NCBI GenBank assembly: GCA_964638895.1
Contig: CAZWYY010000012.1
Span: forward strand, 950-64,949
DNA: 64,000 bases
Source of the DNA: an uncultured Spirochaetaceae bacterium
GTDB taxonomy: Bacteria; Spirochaetota; Spirochaetia; SZUA-6; RPPD01
Reading direction: 5' to 3'
Shown: positions 36,988 to 45,863 of the stretch, piece after piece
Layout of the letters: each line of letters starts with the position of its first letter
Numbering within the stretch: the stretch's first letter is position 1
Program-made: the position numbers and the translations under genes
The notes under the pieces: generated by a model
Told to the model about the DNA's origin: nothing
The model's input: the letters and a program-made list of their open reading frames with translations, nothing else
The model's database searches: none

Positions 36988-37911
36988 ATGTGAAAGATTC
37001 TGATTTTCGCGTACTGTCTGATCACCCTCTTTACGGGTTGCCAGAGCTACAGACTCGACTTTGTCACCACTCGACTCCGGTACGACGGCGGTTTCGGCAA
37101 CGGCTATTTCCTTCCCGGCAGCTCATCCGACAGGCAAAAACTCTTAATATATATCGACGGCAGTTCACTGCTCTCTGTCGTAGGTGAGTTCAACGATACC
37201 ATAGTCTCCAAATTCTCACTTCTGTTCTTCTTCAGACATTACACACCGGCTTCGTATGACATCTTCTCTCCGGACAAACCCAACTTTGAGCCCGGTCATC
37301 AATACAGTTTCGAAGACAAATCCATAATCGATCACTACACACTTGATGACCGCGTCCGGTCCGCCGCAAAGTCAATCGACGGGTTCCTTTCCGAGCATCA
37401 ATTCCGTCAGGTATTCATTGTCGCGATCTCCGAAGGCGCTATTATCGCGCCCATAATATACAATTCGCTTGTTCACAAAGACGACATCTCGGCCCTCATC
37501 TTAATCGGAGCCGGGGGGTTGTCCCAATATGATTGTTTCCGAATCCAACGTGACGGAGCACTTCCTGTGCCTTATAAAAGCGAACTGGCCCAACTGGATG
37601 CCAAAGCCGAACAGATACGCAACAACCCAACCGATGACAGCCGATTCTATCTTGGTTGGCCATATTCCCGGTGGAGCAGCTTCATGTTCTATAGTCCGAT
37701 TGATGATTTGCGTTCCATACCGATCCCAATCTATCTTCTTCACGGCGCCGCCGACACCATGGTTCCGGTGGAAAGTTCTCAATATGCGTTTGATGAGTTA
37801 CGGAAGGCCGGCAAAACCAACGTTATTCTTTACATATATCCGGGACGCGACCATACATTCAATAACGAGTTTGCCTCTTTAGTGAATGAGGTCATAAAAT
37901 GCATGAAGTAG
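36988..37911 (+). pseudogene. alpha/beta-hydrolase lipoprotein gene with in-frame TGA at codon 2 (nonsense-interrupted or non-canonically initiated)
   Basis: AAGGAGG, then 9 nt, then ATG(36988) TGA AAG ATT CTG..., followed by 306 uninterrupted codons. The product is *KILIFAYCLITLFTGCQS (lipobox LFTGC). It has the nucleophile elbow VAISEGA and the C-terminal LLHGAADTMVP...GRDHTF triad residues. The track lists only its last 130 codons (37519-37911). Confidence 0.6.
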
Positions 37912-38024
37912 TCACTTGCACAAAACATGTGGTTGAAGCCGTTACACATGACAAACAGACTTTAACATTCACGGTGCCGTAAGCCGCGTTTTATGCCGTT
38001 AAATTAAAGTCGGCCTGACCCTAC

Positions 38025-38966
38025 CTACGCACAGGATGGTATGCCGGCGAGCGAGGCGGCGGAACGCACGGCCGAAACGACGGCGATGTGAAGGGTACGC
38101 CCGCCCAGCTCGGCCAATAACTCTAAATCAATATCTTCCGTGCCTGATGACAACACGAAACTGACATCACCGTCATGCTGCGTACCGTAGGGAAAAAAAG
38201 CACGGACCAGGCGCACCCGCAGACTTTGCGCCTGCCTGTAGGCCTCAAGTTTGGACAGCCCGGCATTGGTCATAAGCACGCTCAACACCGTATGCGTGCG
38301 TTGTTCCGCCGCCGGACCACGCCTCTCCCACACGCGCACCATGTCATAATCCAGGTTTAGGCAGGCAAAGGTCGTTTTCTCATCCCTGGCCCCGGCAATC
38401 ACTTTGCCACGGTCGTCAAACACATCGCCCACCGCGTTCACCACGACCACGGCCTGCAAGTAAACGGCATGGTATTGGAAGCGGACCGTTCCCAAGCCAC
38501 CCTTCATGCAGGAGTCGAACCCGGTCCACTTTCCCACCGTGGCGCCGGTACCCGCGCCCATGGAACCCTGCAGGCTGAAATCGGCGGCCGCGTTCTGCGC
38601 CGCCAGGTAGCCGGCATCCTCCCCGGGGAAAAATATACCACCGCCGATCCCCAGGTCAAAGATGACGGCCGCGGGCACAATGGGCACTAGGATTCCCCCC
38701 GCGGTCCTGTATCCGCGGCCGCGCTCGGCCAGGAAGCGCATCACGCCGCCGCCGGCGGCCAGACCGCAGGCGCTTCCACCGGTTAAAAGCAAGGCGGTGA
38801 CGGATTGCATCTTCTTTTCCGGTTGCAGGAGAACCGGTTCGCGCATACCGGGTGAAGCGCCGCCCACATAACAGGAGACCGTATTGCACTCAGGACAGAC
38901 GATCACCGTACACCCCGTTACCTGTTTCGTGTTCGTGTAATGACCGATCAAAAAATCATCAGGCAT
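38025..38966 (-). CDS. peptidase family S58 (DmpA/P1-type aminopeptidase-like, Ntn fold)
   Basis: 313 aa. The sequence contains IGHYTNTKQVTGCTVIV, LLTGGSACGL and IVPAAVIFDL, plus a nucleophile-region GAGTGATVGK. Confidence 0.75.
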   Translation of the reverse strand: MPDDFLIGHYTNTKQVTGCTVIVCPECNTVSCYVGGASPGMREPVLLQPEKKMQSVTALLLTGGSACGLAAGGGVMRFLAERGRGYRTAGGILVPIVPAAVIFDLGIGGGIFFPGEDAGYLAAQNAAADFSLQGSMGAGTGATVGKWTGFDSCMKGGLGTVRFQYHAVYLQAVVVVNAVGDVFDDRGKVIAGARDEKTTFACLNLDYDMVRVWERRGPAAEQRTHTVLSVLMTNAGLSKLEAYRQAQSLRVRLVRAFFPYGTQHDGDVSFVLSSGTEDIDLELLAELGGRTLHIAVVSAVRSAASLAGIPSCA

Positions 38967-39137
38967 ACATCACCCCTTACACGTTTAACATACTTTTTCC
39001 GAGCGGCGCCGGCAATCCGAACCCAGGGCGCCACAGGCCATGGGGTGGAAAAAAGTCAGTAAAAACACACCACAGCCTAGTGTCGTATACCGTTGATTAA
39101 GCGATATTGTAGAAAAACCGGATAAAAGGAGTGTTAT

Positions 39138-39533
39138 ATGCCAGAAATTACCGAATTATACCAGTCCGCGGATTGGAAAGCGGAAAAACATGTTCCCGTG
39201 ATTGAGTGTGCAGACCGTGTGAAGAAGGGGGAGATATTTCAGATCAAGATATCGATCGGCAAAGAGGTGGCCCATCCCAATACCACGGCTCACCATATTC
39301 GCTGGATTGATGTGTATTTTCACGCCACGGGTGCCAAGTTCCCCAATCACATAGGCAAGATCGATTTTAACTCCCATGGGGAATCAACGGATGGGGCGGA
39401 TACAAGCACAGTGTATACGCATCATGCGGGTTCGGTGCAGATGAAAACCGACAAACCCGGCACGCTGATTGCCACAAGCTACTGCAATATTCACGGGCTG
39501 TGGCAGAACATAAAAACCATAAACGTTGAGTAA
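39138..39533 (+). CDS. sor: superoxide reductase (1Fe-SOR / neelaredoxin type)
   Basis: 131 aa. The Fe-ligand motifs are EKHVPVI, HPNTTAHHIRWI and CNIHGLW. Confidence 0.9.
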   Translation: MPEITELYQSADWKAEKHVPVIECADRVKKGEIFQIKISIGKEVAHPNTTAHHIRWIDVYFHATGAKFPNHIGKIDFNSHGESTDGADTSTVYTHHAGSVQMKTDKPGTLIATSYCNIHGLWQNIKTINVE

Positions 39534-39539
39534 CCGCCC

Positions 39540-40595
39540 ATGACAGAAACCATAAGGACACTGCTTGGAAACCAGGCCGATGATCTACTCACCCATAAAT
39601 GTAAGGTTGATAAGAGATCCCTGTCGCTGCCCGGACCCGACTTTATTGACCGGGTATGGAGCATGTCCGAACGCTCCGCCCCCGTTTTGCGTAATATGCA
39701 GACCATGTTCTCACACGGGCGGCTCGCGGACAGCGGTTACCTTTCCATCCTTCCGGTTGACCAGGGGGTGGAGCACAGCGCCGGCGCCGCCTTTGCGCCC
39801 AATCCCATCTACTTTGACCCGGAAAACATCGTAAAGCTCGCAATAGAGGGCGGCTGCAATGCCGTGGCCTCCACTGTGGGCGTGCTGGGGGCTGTGGCCC
39901 GTAAATACGCGCACAAAATACCGTTTATCGTAAAACTGAACCACAACGAACTTCTTTCCTACCCGAACTCCTATGATCAGATTTTGTTTACCGACGTCAG
40001 ACAGGCCTTTGAAACGGGCGCGGTGGCCGTGGGCGCCACCATCTACTTCGGCTCCGAAGAAAGCAGGAGACAGATAGGAGAGATATCGGACGCGTTCCGC
40101 TACGCCCATGAGTTGGGCCTGGTGACCATCGTCTGGGCCTATCTGCGCAATGATGTATTCCGCACCAAGGATACGGACTATCACCTGGCCGCGGACCTAA
40201 CCGGCCAGGCCAATTATCTGAGTGTTACCCTGGAAGCCGATTTTGTAAAACAGAAGCAGCCCGTGTGTAACTACGGCTTTAAAAACATCGTCAACTATGG
40301 GAAAAAACACGAAAAAATGTACAGCGATCTGTGCACGGACCACCCCATCGATCTTACCCGCTACCAGGTCTTGAACTGCTTCATGGGCAGGGCCGGTCTG
40401 ATTAACTCCGGAGGCGCCTCCCAGGGCGAAAACGACCTGGCGCGCGCCGTGCGTACGGCGGTTATCAATAAGCGGGCGGGGGGTATGGGACTTATCTCCG
40501 GACGCAAGGCCTTTCAGCGGCCCATGAAGGAAGGGGTGGACCTGCTGCACACGATCCAGGACGTGTACCTCAGTCCGGAGATCGATATCGCCTAA
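39540..40595 (+). CDS. fbaB: class I fructose-bisphosphate aldolase (FbaB/DhnA type)
   Basis: 351 aa, near-colinear with E. coli FbaB from memory (LRNMQT...[18 protein letters not shown]...[14 protein letters not shown]...WAYLRN...ADLTGQAN...[10 protein letters not shown]...[18 protein letters not shown]). Confidence 0.92.
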   Translation: MTETIRTLLGNQADDLLTHKCKVDKRSLSLPGPDFIDRVWSMSERSAPVLRNMQTMFSHGRLADSGYLSILPVDQGVEHSAGAAFAPNPIYFDPENIVKLAIEGGCNAVASTVGVLGAVARKYAHKIPFIVKLNHNELLSYPNSYDQILFTDVRQAFETGAVAVGATIYFGSEESRRQIGEISDAFRYAHELGLVTIVWAYLRNDVFRTKDTDYHLAADLTGQANYLSVTLEADFVKQKQPVCNYGFKNIVNYGKKHEKMYSDLCTDHPIDLTRYQVLNCFMGRAGLINSGGASQGENDLARAVRTAVINKRAGGMGLISGRKAFQRPMKEGVDLLHTIQDVYLSPEIDIA

Positions 40596-40648
40596 GCGGG
40601 CGCCGGGACGATGTAAGCGTCCTGAAACACCAGAGGGGAGACAAGATC

Positions 40649-41668
40649 ATGGCTGATCTTTCAACCAGTTTTGCGGGAATCAAGTTAAAAAATCCGATTA
40701 TCGCGGGGGCCTCGGGACTGACCGCACAGCTTGACAGCATAAAAAGGCTGGAACAGGCCGGGGCCGGGGCGATCGTATGTAAGTCACTGTTCGAAGAGCA
40801 GATCGAACTGGAAGAGCTGAAGTTCCAGGCCGACCTGCATAAGAATGAGAACCTATACGCGGAAATGGTCGACCATTTCCCGCATTTGGAACATGGAGGT
40901 ACCCGGGAGCACCTTTTTTGGGTGCGAAAAACAAAGGAAGCGGTTTCCATCCCCGTGTTTGCCAGTCTGAACGCCGTACGCAGGGAGATTTGGCTTAACT
41001 GGGGGTTGGAGCTGGCCAAATGCGGTGTGGACGGCCTGGAGATCAATCTGTATGCGACACCACAGGCAATGGATAAAACCGGGGCCGACATTGAATACGA
41101 ACAGGTGGACCTGGTCAGGGAGCTGAAGCAGCGGATCGGCCTTCCCCTGGTGGTGAAATTAAGCCCATTTTATACGAATGTGCTGCATTTTGTCAGTGAA
41201 CTCGACAAGGCGGGGGCCGACGGTTTTATCCTGTTCAACCGGCTTTTTCAACCTGATATCGATATAGGCGGAGAAGAAAACGTCTTCCCATTCGCCTTCA
41301 GCCCGCGTGACGATAACCGCCTGCCCCTGCGCTATACCGGGCTGCTTTACGGACGCATAAAGGCGTCACTCTGCGCGAGCACGGGCATAATACAGGGAGA
41401 AGACGTGATTAAAATGATCCTGGCGGGCGCGGACGCGGTTCAGGTTGTGACCACACTGTATAAAAACAGTCCGGACCAGATCGGCGTCATGCTGGGGGAT
41501 ATGGAAGCCTGGCTCTCGGGCAAGAACTACTCCGGCCTGGAGCAGATCAGGGGAAAGATGAGTTACGCAAAACTGCAGGCCAAGGACCAATGGGTGTATA
41601 AAAGAACCCAGTATGTAAAAATGCTCATGCAGCAGGGGGACAAGCTCATGGAGCAGATACTATATTAA
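40649..41668 (+). CDS. dihydroorotate-dehydrogenase-like flavoprotein (DHOD/DPD TIM-barrel family)
   Basis: 339 aa. The sequence contains FAGIKLKNPIIAGASGLT, GVDGLEINLY, PLVVKLSP and STGIIQGEDVIKMILAGADAVQVVT. Confidence 0.75.
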   Translation: MADLSTSFAGIKLKNPIIAGASGLTAQLDSIKRLEQAGAGAIVCKSLFEEQIELEELKFQADLHKNENLYAEMVDHFPHLEHGGTREHLFWVRKTKEAVSIPVFASLNAVRREIWLNWGLELAKCGVDGLEINLYATPQAMDKTGADIEYEQVDLVRELKQRIGLPLVVKLSPFYTNVLHFVSELDKAGADGFILFNRLFQPDIDIGGEENVFPFAFSPRDDNRLPLRYTGLLYGRIKASLCASTGIIQGEDVIKMILAGADAVQVVTTLYKNSPDQIGVMLGDMEAWLSGKNYSGLEQIRGKMSYAKLQAKDQWVYKRTQYVKMLMQQGDKLMEQILY

Positions 41669-41683
41669 TGAAAGGAAGGCCAC

Positions 41684-41872
41684 ATGAAAGCAATCGTAGA
41701 CAAGGATACGTGTACTGGCTGCGGACTCTGCCCCGATATCTGTCCGGAGGTGTTTAGAATGGAAGGCGACACGGCCGCCGCGTATACAAACCCCGTACCC
41801 TCCTCGGTCGAGGAAAGCTGCCGTGAGGCCGTCGAACAATGCCCGGTGGAGGCGATTTCAATAGAGGAATAA
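41684..41872 (+). CDS. small [4Fe-4S]/[3Fe-4S] ferredoxin
   Basis: 62 aa with CTGCGLCPDICP and a distal CPVEAI. It lies 15 nt downstream of the DHOD-like gene. Confidence 0.85.
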   Translation: MKAIVDKDTCTGCGLCPDICPEVFRMEGDTAAAYTNPVPSSVEESCREAVEQCPVEAISIEE

Positions 41873-41939
41873 TATTTCCCGCTAAATTGCGCAATGCCGT
41901 ATCAATCAATGCTTGTTATCTGCCGACAATAAGACTGTT

Positions 41940-42722
41940 ATGGCAAGGCGCAGAAAAGCCTCATTAGGTTGTTTATTCTGGATAGCATTGATTCTACTCG
42001 TGGTAGTGGTATTTTTATTGAATCAACAGAATATCCAGGCGGTATTGAAAGATACCGGATTCCTGACCCTTTTTCAAAACAAGGACGACAATAAGGAACA
42101 CGGGGTACAAATAAGTTACAACACGGAACCTGAAGACACACATGACGGCGGCCCACAGGATACTCATGGCGGTGATGAATTGGTGAACATTAAGATAGAT
42201 CCCAAAGACACGGGAGGGACTTCAGGCGGAGAAGAGGTACAGGAATCACCGGCCCCCACACCCGCCCCCACTCCGGCACAGGAAAAAGACCGGCCCAATC
42301 TCCGTAAGGCCAGACTTTACTTTGTGGTGATGAATGAAAACGACGAGTTTGAGATAAAAAGCGTAACCCGGTCTGTTGAGTACAAGGACTCCCCCCTCAC
42401 CGCAACACTTCAGGCTCTGTTAAAAGGCCCGACCACAAAAGAGTTTAATAATGAGTTTATGAATCTTGTTCCCAAACAGACAAAAATAAACAACATCTAT
42501 GTAAAGGGCGATACCGCCTATGTTGATTTTAACGAAGATTTCCGTTTTAACAGCCTCGGCGTGTTCGGTCTTACCGCCCAACTCAAGCAGGTGGTGTTCA
42601 CCGCGACCGAATTCGGCAATGTGGACCAGGTCCAGATACTCATAAACGGGAAAACAGTCAATTACCTGGCCCAGGAGGGGGTGTATGTCGGCAAACCCCT
42701 CTCACGCAAATCCTTTAAATAA
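41940..42722 (+). CDS. GerMN-domain protein with N-terminal membrane anchor
   Basis: MARRRKASLGCLFWIALILLVVVVFLL is the TM anchor, followed by a Pro/Thr-rich linker. The GerMN-like core reads ARLYFVV...PLTATLQALLKGPT...AYVDFNEDF...QVVFTATEF..VDQVQILING. The track start (TTG 41913) is also possible. Confidence 0.75.
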   Translation: MARRRKASLGCLFWIALILLVVVVFLLNQQNIQAVLKDTGFLTLFQNKDDNKEHGVQISYNTEPEDTHDGGPQDTHGGDELVNIKIDPKDTGGTSGGEEVQESPAPTPAPTPAQEKDRPNLRKARLYFVVMNENDEFEIKSVTRSVEYKDSPLTATLQALLKGPTTKEFNNEFMNLVPKQTKINNIYVKGDTAYVDFNEDFRFNSLGVFGLTAQLKQVVFTATEFGNVDQVQILINGKTVNYLAQEGVYVGKPLSRKSFK

Positions 42723-42751
42723 ATAATTCCAGATAAAATTATCGATTTTAC

Positions 42752-42780
42752 TTGACATTAAGTATACGTATACGTATACT
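42752..42780 (+). promoter_or_regulatory. sigma70-like promoter of the radical SAM gene
   Basis: TTGACA (42752-42757), then 17 nt, then TATACT (42775-42780). This is 40 nt upstream of ATG 42820. Confidence 0.6.
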
Positions 42781-42809
42781 TTAAAAATTAAATGATCGGT
42801 ATACGTATA
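42762..42809. promoter_or_regulatory. palindromic operator candidates: (GTATAC)x3 over the spacer/-10 and GTATACGTATA abutting the RBS
   Basis: GTATACGTATACGTATAC (42762-42779) is an 18-bp perfect palindrome overlapping the -10. A second copy, GTATACGTATA (42799-42809), ends at the GGAGAGG RBS. Confidence 0.5.
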
Positions 42810-42819
42810 GGAGAGGATT

Positions 42820-44217
42820 ATGAGCATCCGGACGATTCTTTTTATCGAGCCCAAAACCGAAAATCTGCATATTTACGCCAAGTTTAACCTGCCGCGGCTT
42901 GGAAGTCCGCTGTTGGCGACAATTATGCGTGAGCAAGGATTTCAAGTTCGGGTATGTTTCATGACCGAACGGGAAATCCTTAAAAAGGACCTTTTAGCGG
43001 ATCTTGTGGCAATCTCCACCATTACATCCACAGCCCCCGCTGCCTATCGCCTTGCCCGGTACTATAAGAGCCGGGGAATACCTACGGTTTTAGGCGGGCC
43101 GCATGTAAGCTTCCGTCCCGGCGAAGGCCTTGACTATGCCGACTACTGTATTTGCGGTGAAGGGGAACACGCCTTCCCGGCGCTTGTTAATGCTTTAAAC
43201 AACGGCGGCTCCCTTGAACATGTGCCCGGCCTTGTCTGGAAACAAGGTCTGACCGTAAGGAAAAATTCCCGCGCCGCTGCAGTACATGATCTTGATTCCC
43301 TGCCTTTTCCGGATCTCTCACTCATTGAGTACGGGCGTAGCAGGTACCGCAGAAACCCCTTCAAAAGAAAAATAATACCCATCCAGACCTCGCGGGGCTG
43401 TCCCTTTGATTGTACCTTCTGTTCCGTAACGGGCATGTTCGGCAAACGATACCGGTATCGTTCCGCATCCAATATTATAGAGGAACTGAAGCGTTATAAT
43501 CCCAGAAAGCATCACATTTTTTTTTATGACGACAACTTCTCCGCCAACCGCAAACGCACCAAGGAGCTTCTGTTGAAAATGATCGAACTGAAGCTTGGGT
43601 TCGGCTGGTCAACCCAGGTGCGCACCGATATCGCCAAGGACTCGGAGCTCCTGGCGTTAATGAAACGGGCCGGATGCCAGGTGCTCTATATCGGATTCGA
43701 ATCCTGTGATGAAAACGCGCTGGCCGAAATGCATAAATCCCAAACCGTTTCGGAAATGGTCACGGCCATACGGGAGATAAAGAAACACCATATCTATATC
43801 CATGGGATGTTCGTATTCGGTTTTGATTCGGATACCTTAAGGAGCATAGACAACACGATTAAGTTCGCCGTTTCGCAGCCCATAGATTCCGCGCAGTTTT
43901 TGATTCTTACCCCCCTACCGGGTACCGAGTTCTACAACACCCTACTTGATACGGGAAGGATCATTGATATTAACTGGGCGGACTATGACGCGCATCATGT
44001 AAAGTTCGTACCCCGATTCTTAAGCAAGCTTGAGCTGCAAAACGCCCAGATCGAGGCGCATGAAAGATTTTATTCACCGTTTAAGCTGGTGAAAAGGCTG
44101 TTCAAGGGTAAGGTGTTATCGTTCCTGGTGGGCATATACGCAAATAGTTTGAACAATAAATGGAAAAAATCGGTTCAGACATACCTTTTGTATTTAAAGG
44201 GCATGATTCCGAATTAA
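42820..44217 (+). CDS. B12-binding-domain radical SAM protein
   Basis: 465 aa. The N-terminal part resembles a cobalamin-binding Rossmann domain (DLVAISTITSTAP...PTVLGGPH). The radical SAM cluster motif is SRGCPFDCTFCSV. Confidence 0.85.
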   Translation: MSIRTILFIEPKTENLHIYAKFNLPRLGSPLLATIMREQGFQVRVCFMTEREILKKDLLADLVAISTITSTAPAAYRLARYYKSRGIPTVLGGPHVSFRPGEGLDYADYCICGEGEHAFPALVNALNNGGSLEHVPGLVWKQGLTVRKNSRAAAVHDLDSLPFPDLSLIEYGRSRYRRNPFKRKIIPIQTSRGCPFDCTFCSVTGMFGKRYRYRSASNIIEELKRYNPRKHHIFFYDDNFSANRKRTKELLLKMIELKLGFGWSTQVRTDIAKDSELLALMKRAGCQVLYIGFESCDENALAEMHKSQTVSEMVTAIREIKKHHIYIHGMFVFGFDSDTLRSIDNTIKFAVSQPIDSAQFLILTPLPGTEFYNTLLDTGRIIDINWADYDAHHVKFVPRFLSKLELQNAQIEAHERFYSPFKLVKRLFKGKVLSFLVGIYANSLNNKWKKSVQTYLLYLKGMIPN

Positions 44218-44266
44218 GCGCGCGTTATACCGGCGCGCATTATACGGGCATTTTTTACGGCGCGGA

Positions 44267-45055
44267 TCACAGCTCCCGCACCAGGCGGCCGATCTCCCGG
44301 ATGATATCCACGGTAGCCGGCGGGGGCTGTGATCCCAATAAAAAAAAGAACTCCCTGTTGCCCTTTCTGCCCGTCAGGACTGAAACAGCGGCCCTGTTCA
44401 CATATACTCGTTCACGCTCCAGATCCGTAATCAGAGAGGCAAAAATCGACAGGTAATGCGTTTTATTCCGAATTACCCCGTCAAACTCGGGGGAAGGGTG
44501 CCGCCATTCAAACTGCGGCTTTATCAGGGCGATTATCCAGCCCTCAGAAAGCAGAGGCAGGATGTGAGCCGCCGCGCCGCGTAAGGAACGAAACGCCAGG
44601 TCCATAACCGCGGCATCCGGTGTAACGGGAAAACTAGCGGGACTCAGTCCGGCAAGATTTACCCTCTCCATTACCCGCACTCTGCCGTGTATGCGCAGCG
44701 AATAATCAAGCTGATTAAACCCTACATCCACTGCATACACAAGGTTCGCGCCGCGCTGCAGCAGGCAGTCCGTAAACCCGCCGGTGGAAGAGCCGGCATC
44801 CAGCATTGTTTTTGCCTTTACATTAATATTCCAGGCGTCAAGCACGGCGTCCAGTTTCTCCCCGCCGCGGGACACAAAGCGGCGCGGAGTATCTATCCTG
44901 ATGATGCTTGCCTTGGATACGGCTACCTTTGGATCAAGACATTTTTCCCCGTCCACAAACACCTCGCCGCAAAGGACATGGGCTAAAAGCTCTTCTTTTG
45001 TTTTATGACTGAATCTCATGCGCAGGAGTTTCAGAAGCACTTCTTTTTCCGGCAC
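44267..45055 (-). CDS. tlyA: TlyA-family rRNA 2'-O-methyltransferase (S4 + FtsJ-like domains)
   Basis: 262 aa. The sequence contains RFVSRGGEKLDAVLDAW, the SAM-binding motif MLDAGSSTGGFTDCLLQRGA and VYAVDVGFNQL. Confidence 0.88.
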   Translation of the reverse strand: MPEKEVLLKLLRMRFSHKTKEELLAHVLCGEVFVDGEKCLDPKVAVSKASIIRIDTPRRFVSRGGEKLDAVLDAWNINVKAKTMLDAGSSTGGFTDCLLQRGANLVYAVDVGFNQLDYSLRIHGRVRVMERVNLAGLSPASFPVTPDAAVMDLAFRSLRGAAAHILPLLSEGWIIALIKPQFEWRHPSPEFDGVIRNKTHYLSIFASLITDLERERVYVNRAAVSVLTGRKGNREFFFLLGSQPPPATVDIIREIGRLVREL

Positions 45056-45065
45056 ACCCAGACCC

Positions 45066-45863
45066 CTAGATGGCGCAGTATTCTTTGAAGCGGACGATGG
45101 ATTCCGCTTTTCCGGAAGTCGTATTTATATCGATAATAACACCCATGATCACCGCCGGCCTGTCCACCACCTCCATCTTTAGAGGCATCTGGGACACAAG
45201 GCGTCTTATGGCGAGTTCTGGGGCCACGCCGATGACACTGTCCGCCGGACCGGTCATGCCGATATCGGTGATATAGGCCGTACCCCCGGGAAGCACCCGC
45301 TCATCCGCGGTTTGCACATGGGTATGCGTGCCCACCAGGGCGGAGACCTTGCCGTCAAGAAAAAGCGCAAGGGCCTCTTTTTCCTGGGGCAACTCCGCGT
45401 GAAAATCAACGATTATAATTTTGCCGAGTTTGCTTAACTGTTTGCATCTCTCCAAACCGGTCTGGAACGGGCAGGGAAGCCGTGAATTGTTGAGTTTCCC
45501 CTCCAGATTCATCACGCTTACCGCCACGTCCTTCACGGTTATGGTGCATATTCCCTTACCGGGGACTTTCTTGGGGTAGTTGTCCGGCCGCAGAAGCCTT
45601 TCCTCGGTGTCGAGCAGCGGGTACAACTCCTTTTTTCTCCAGATATGATTGCCCGACGTAATCACGTCCACACCGCTTTTAAACAGATCATCCACCAGCT
45701 CCGGAATCAGACCGGAACCCTCATGGGCGTTCTCGCCATTGGCGATGACAAAATCGGCTTTGGTTTTTTTAATGATATTTTTAAGGTTATAAAAGACAGC
45801 CCTGGTGCCCGGTTTTCCGACAATATCCCCGAGCACCAAAGCCTTTAAGATATCAACGGGCAT
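45066..45863 (-). CDS. ymdB: YmdB-like metallophosphoesterase (TIGR00282 type)
   Basis: 265 aa. The sequence contains LVLGDIVGKPG, VIANGENA..GSG, ITSGNHIW, VDFHAE and VGTHTHVQTADE. It overlaps rny by 11 nt. Confidence 0.88.
   Translation of the reverse strand: MPVDILKALVLGDIVGKPGTRAVFYNLKNIIKKTKADFVIANGENAHEGSGLIPELVDDLFKSGVDVITSGNHIWRKKELYPLLDTEERLLRPDNYPKKVPGKGICTITVKDVAVSVMNLEGKLNNSRLPCPFQTGLERCKQLSKLGKIIIVDFHAELPQEKEALALFLDGKVSALVGTHTHVQTADERVLPGGTAYITDIGMTGPADSVIGVAPELAIRRLVSQMPLKMEVVDRPAVIMGVIIDINTTSGKAESIVRFKEYCAI

Noticed and set aside
36991-36993. Genome-wide TGA reassignment (Gly/Trp) or selenocysteine as the explanation for the in-frame TGA
   Set aside because: TGA clearly terminates other well-supported genes in this window (for example 3142-3144 and 22467-22469). 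Codon 2 of a signal peptide is not a plausible Sec site, and I see no SECIS-like hairpin.
36462-37911. Possible encapsulin nanocompartment operon around the EncFtn-like gene
   Set aside because: No ORF on either side resembles a ~270-aa HK97-fold shell protein. The neighbours are a wrbA remnant and an alpha/beta hydrolase. The ferritin-like protein also lacks a Gly/Ser/Leu-rich C-terminal targeting peptide.
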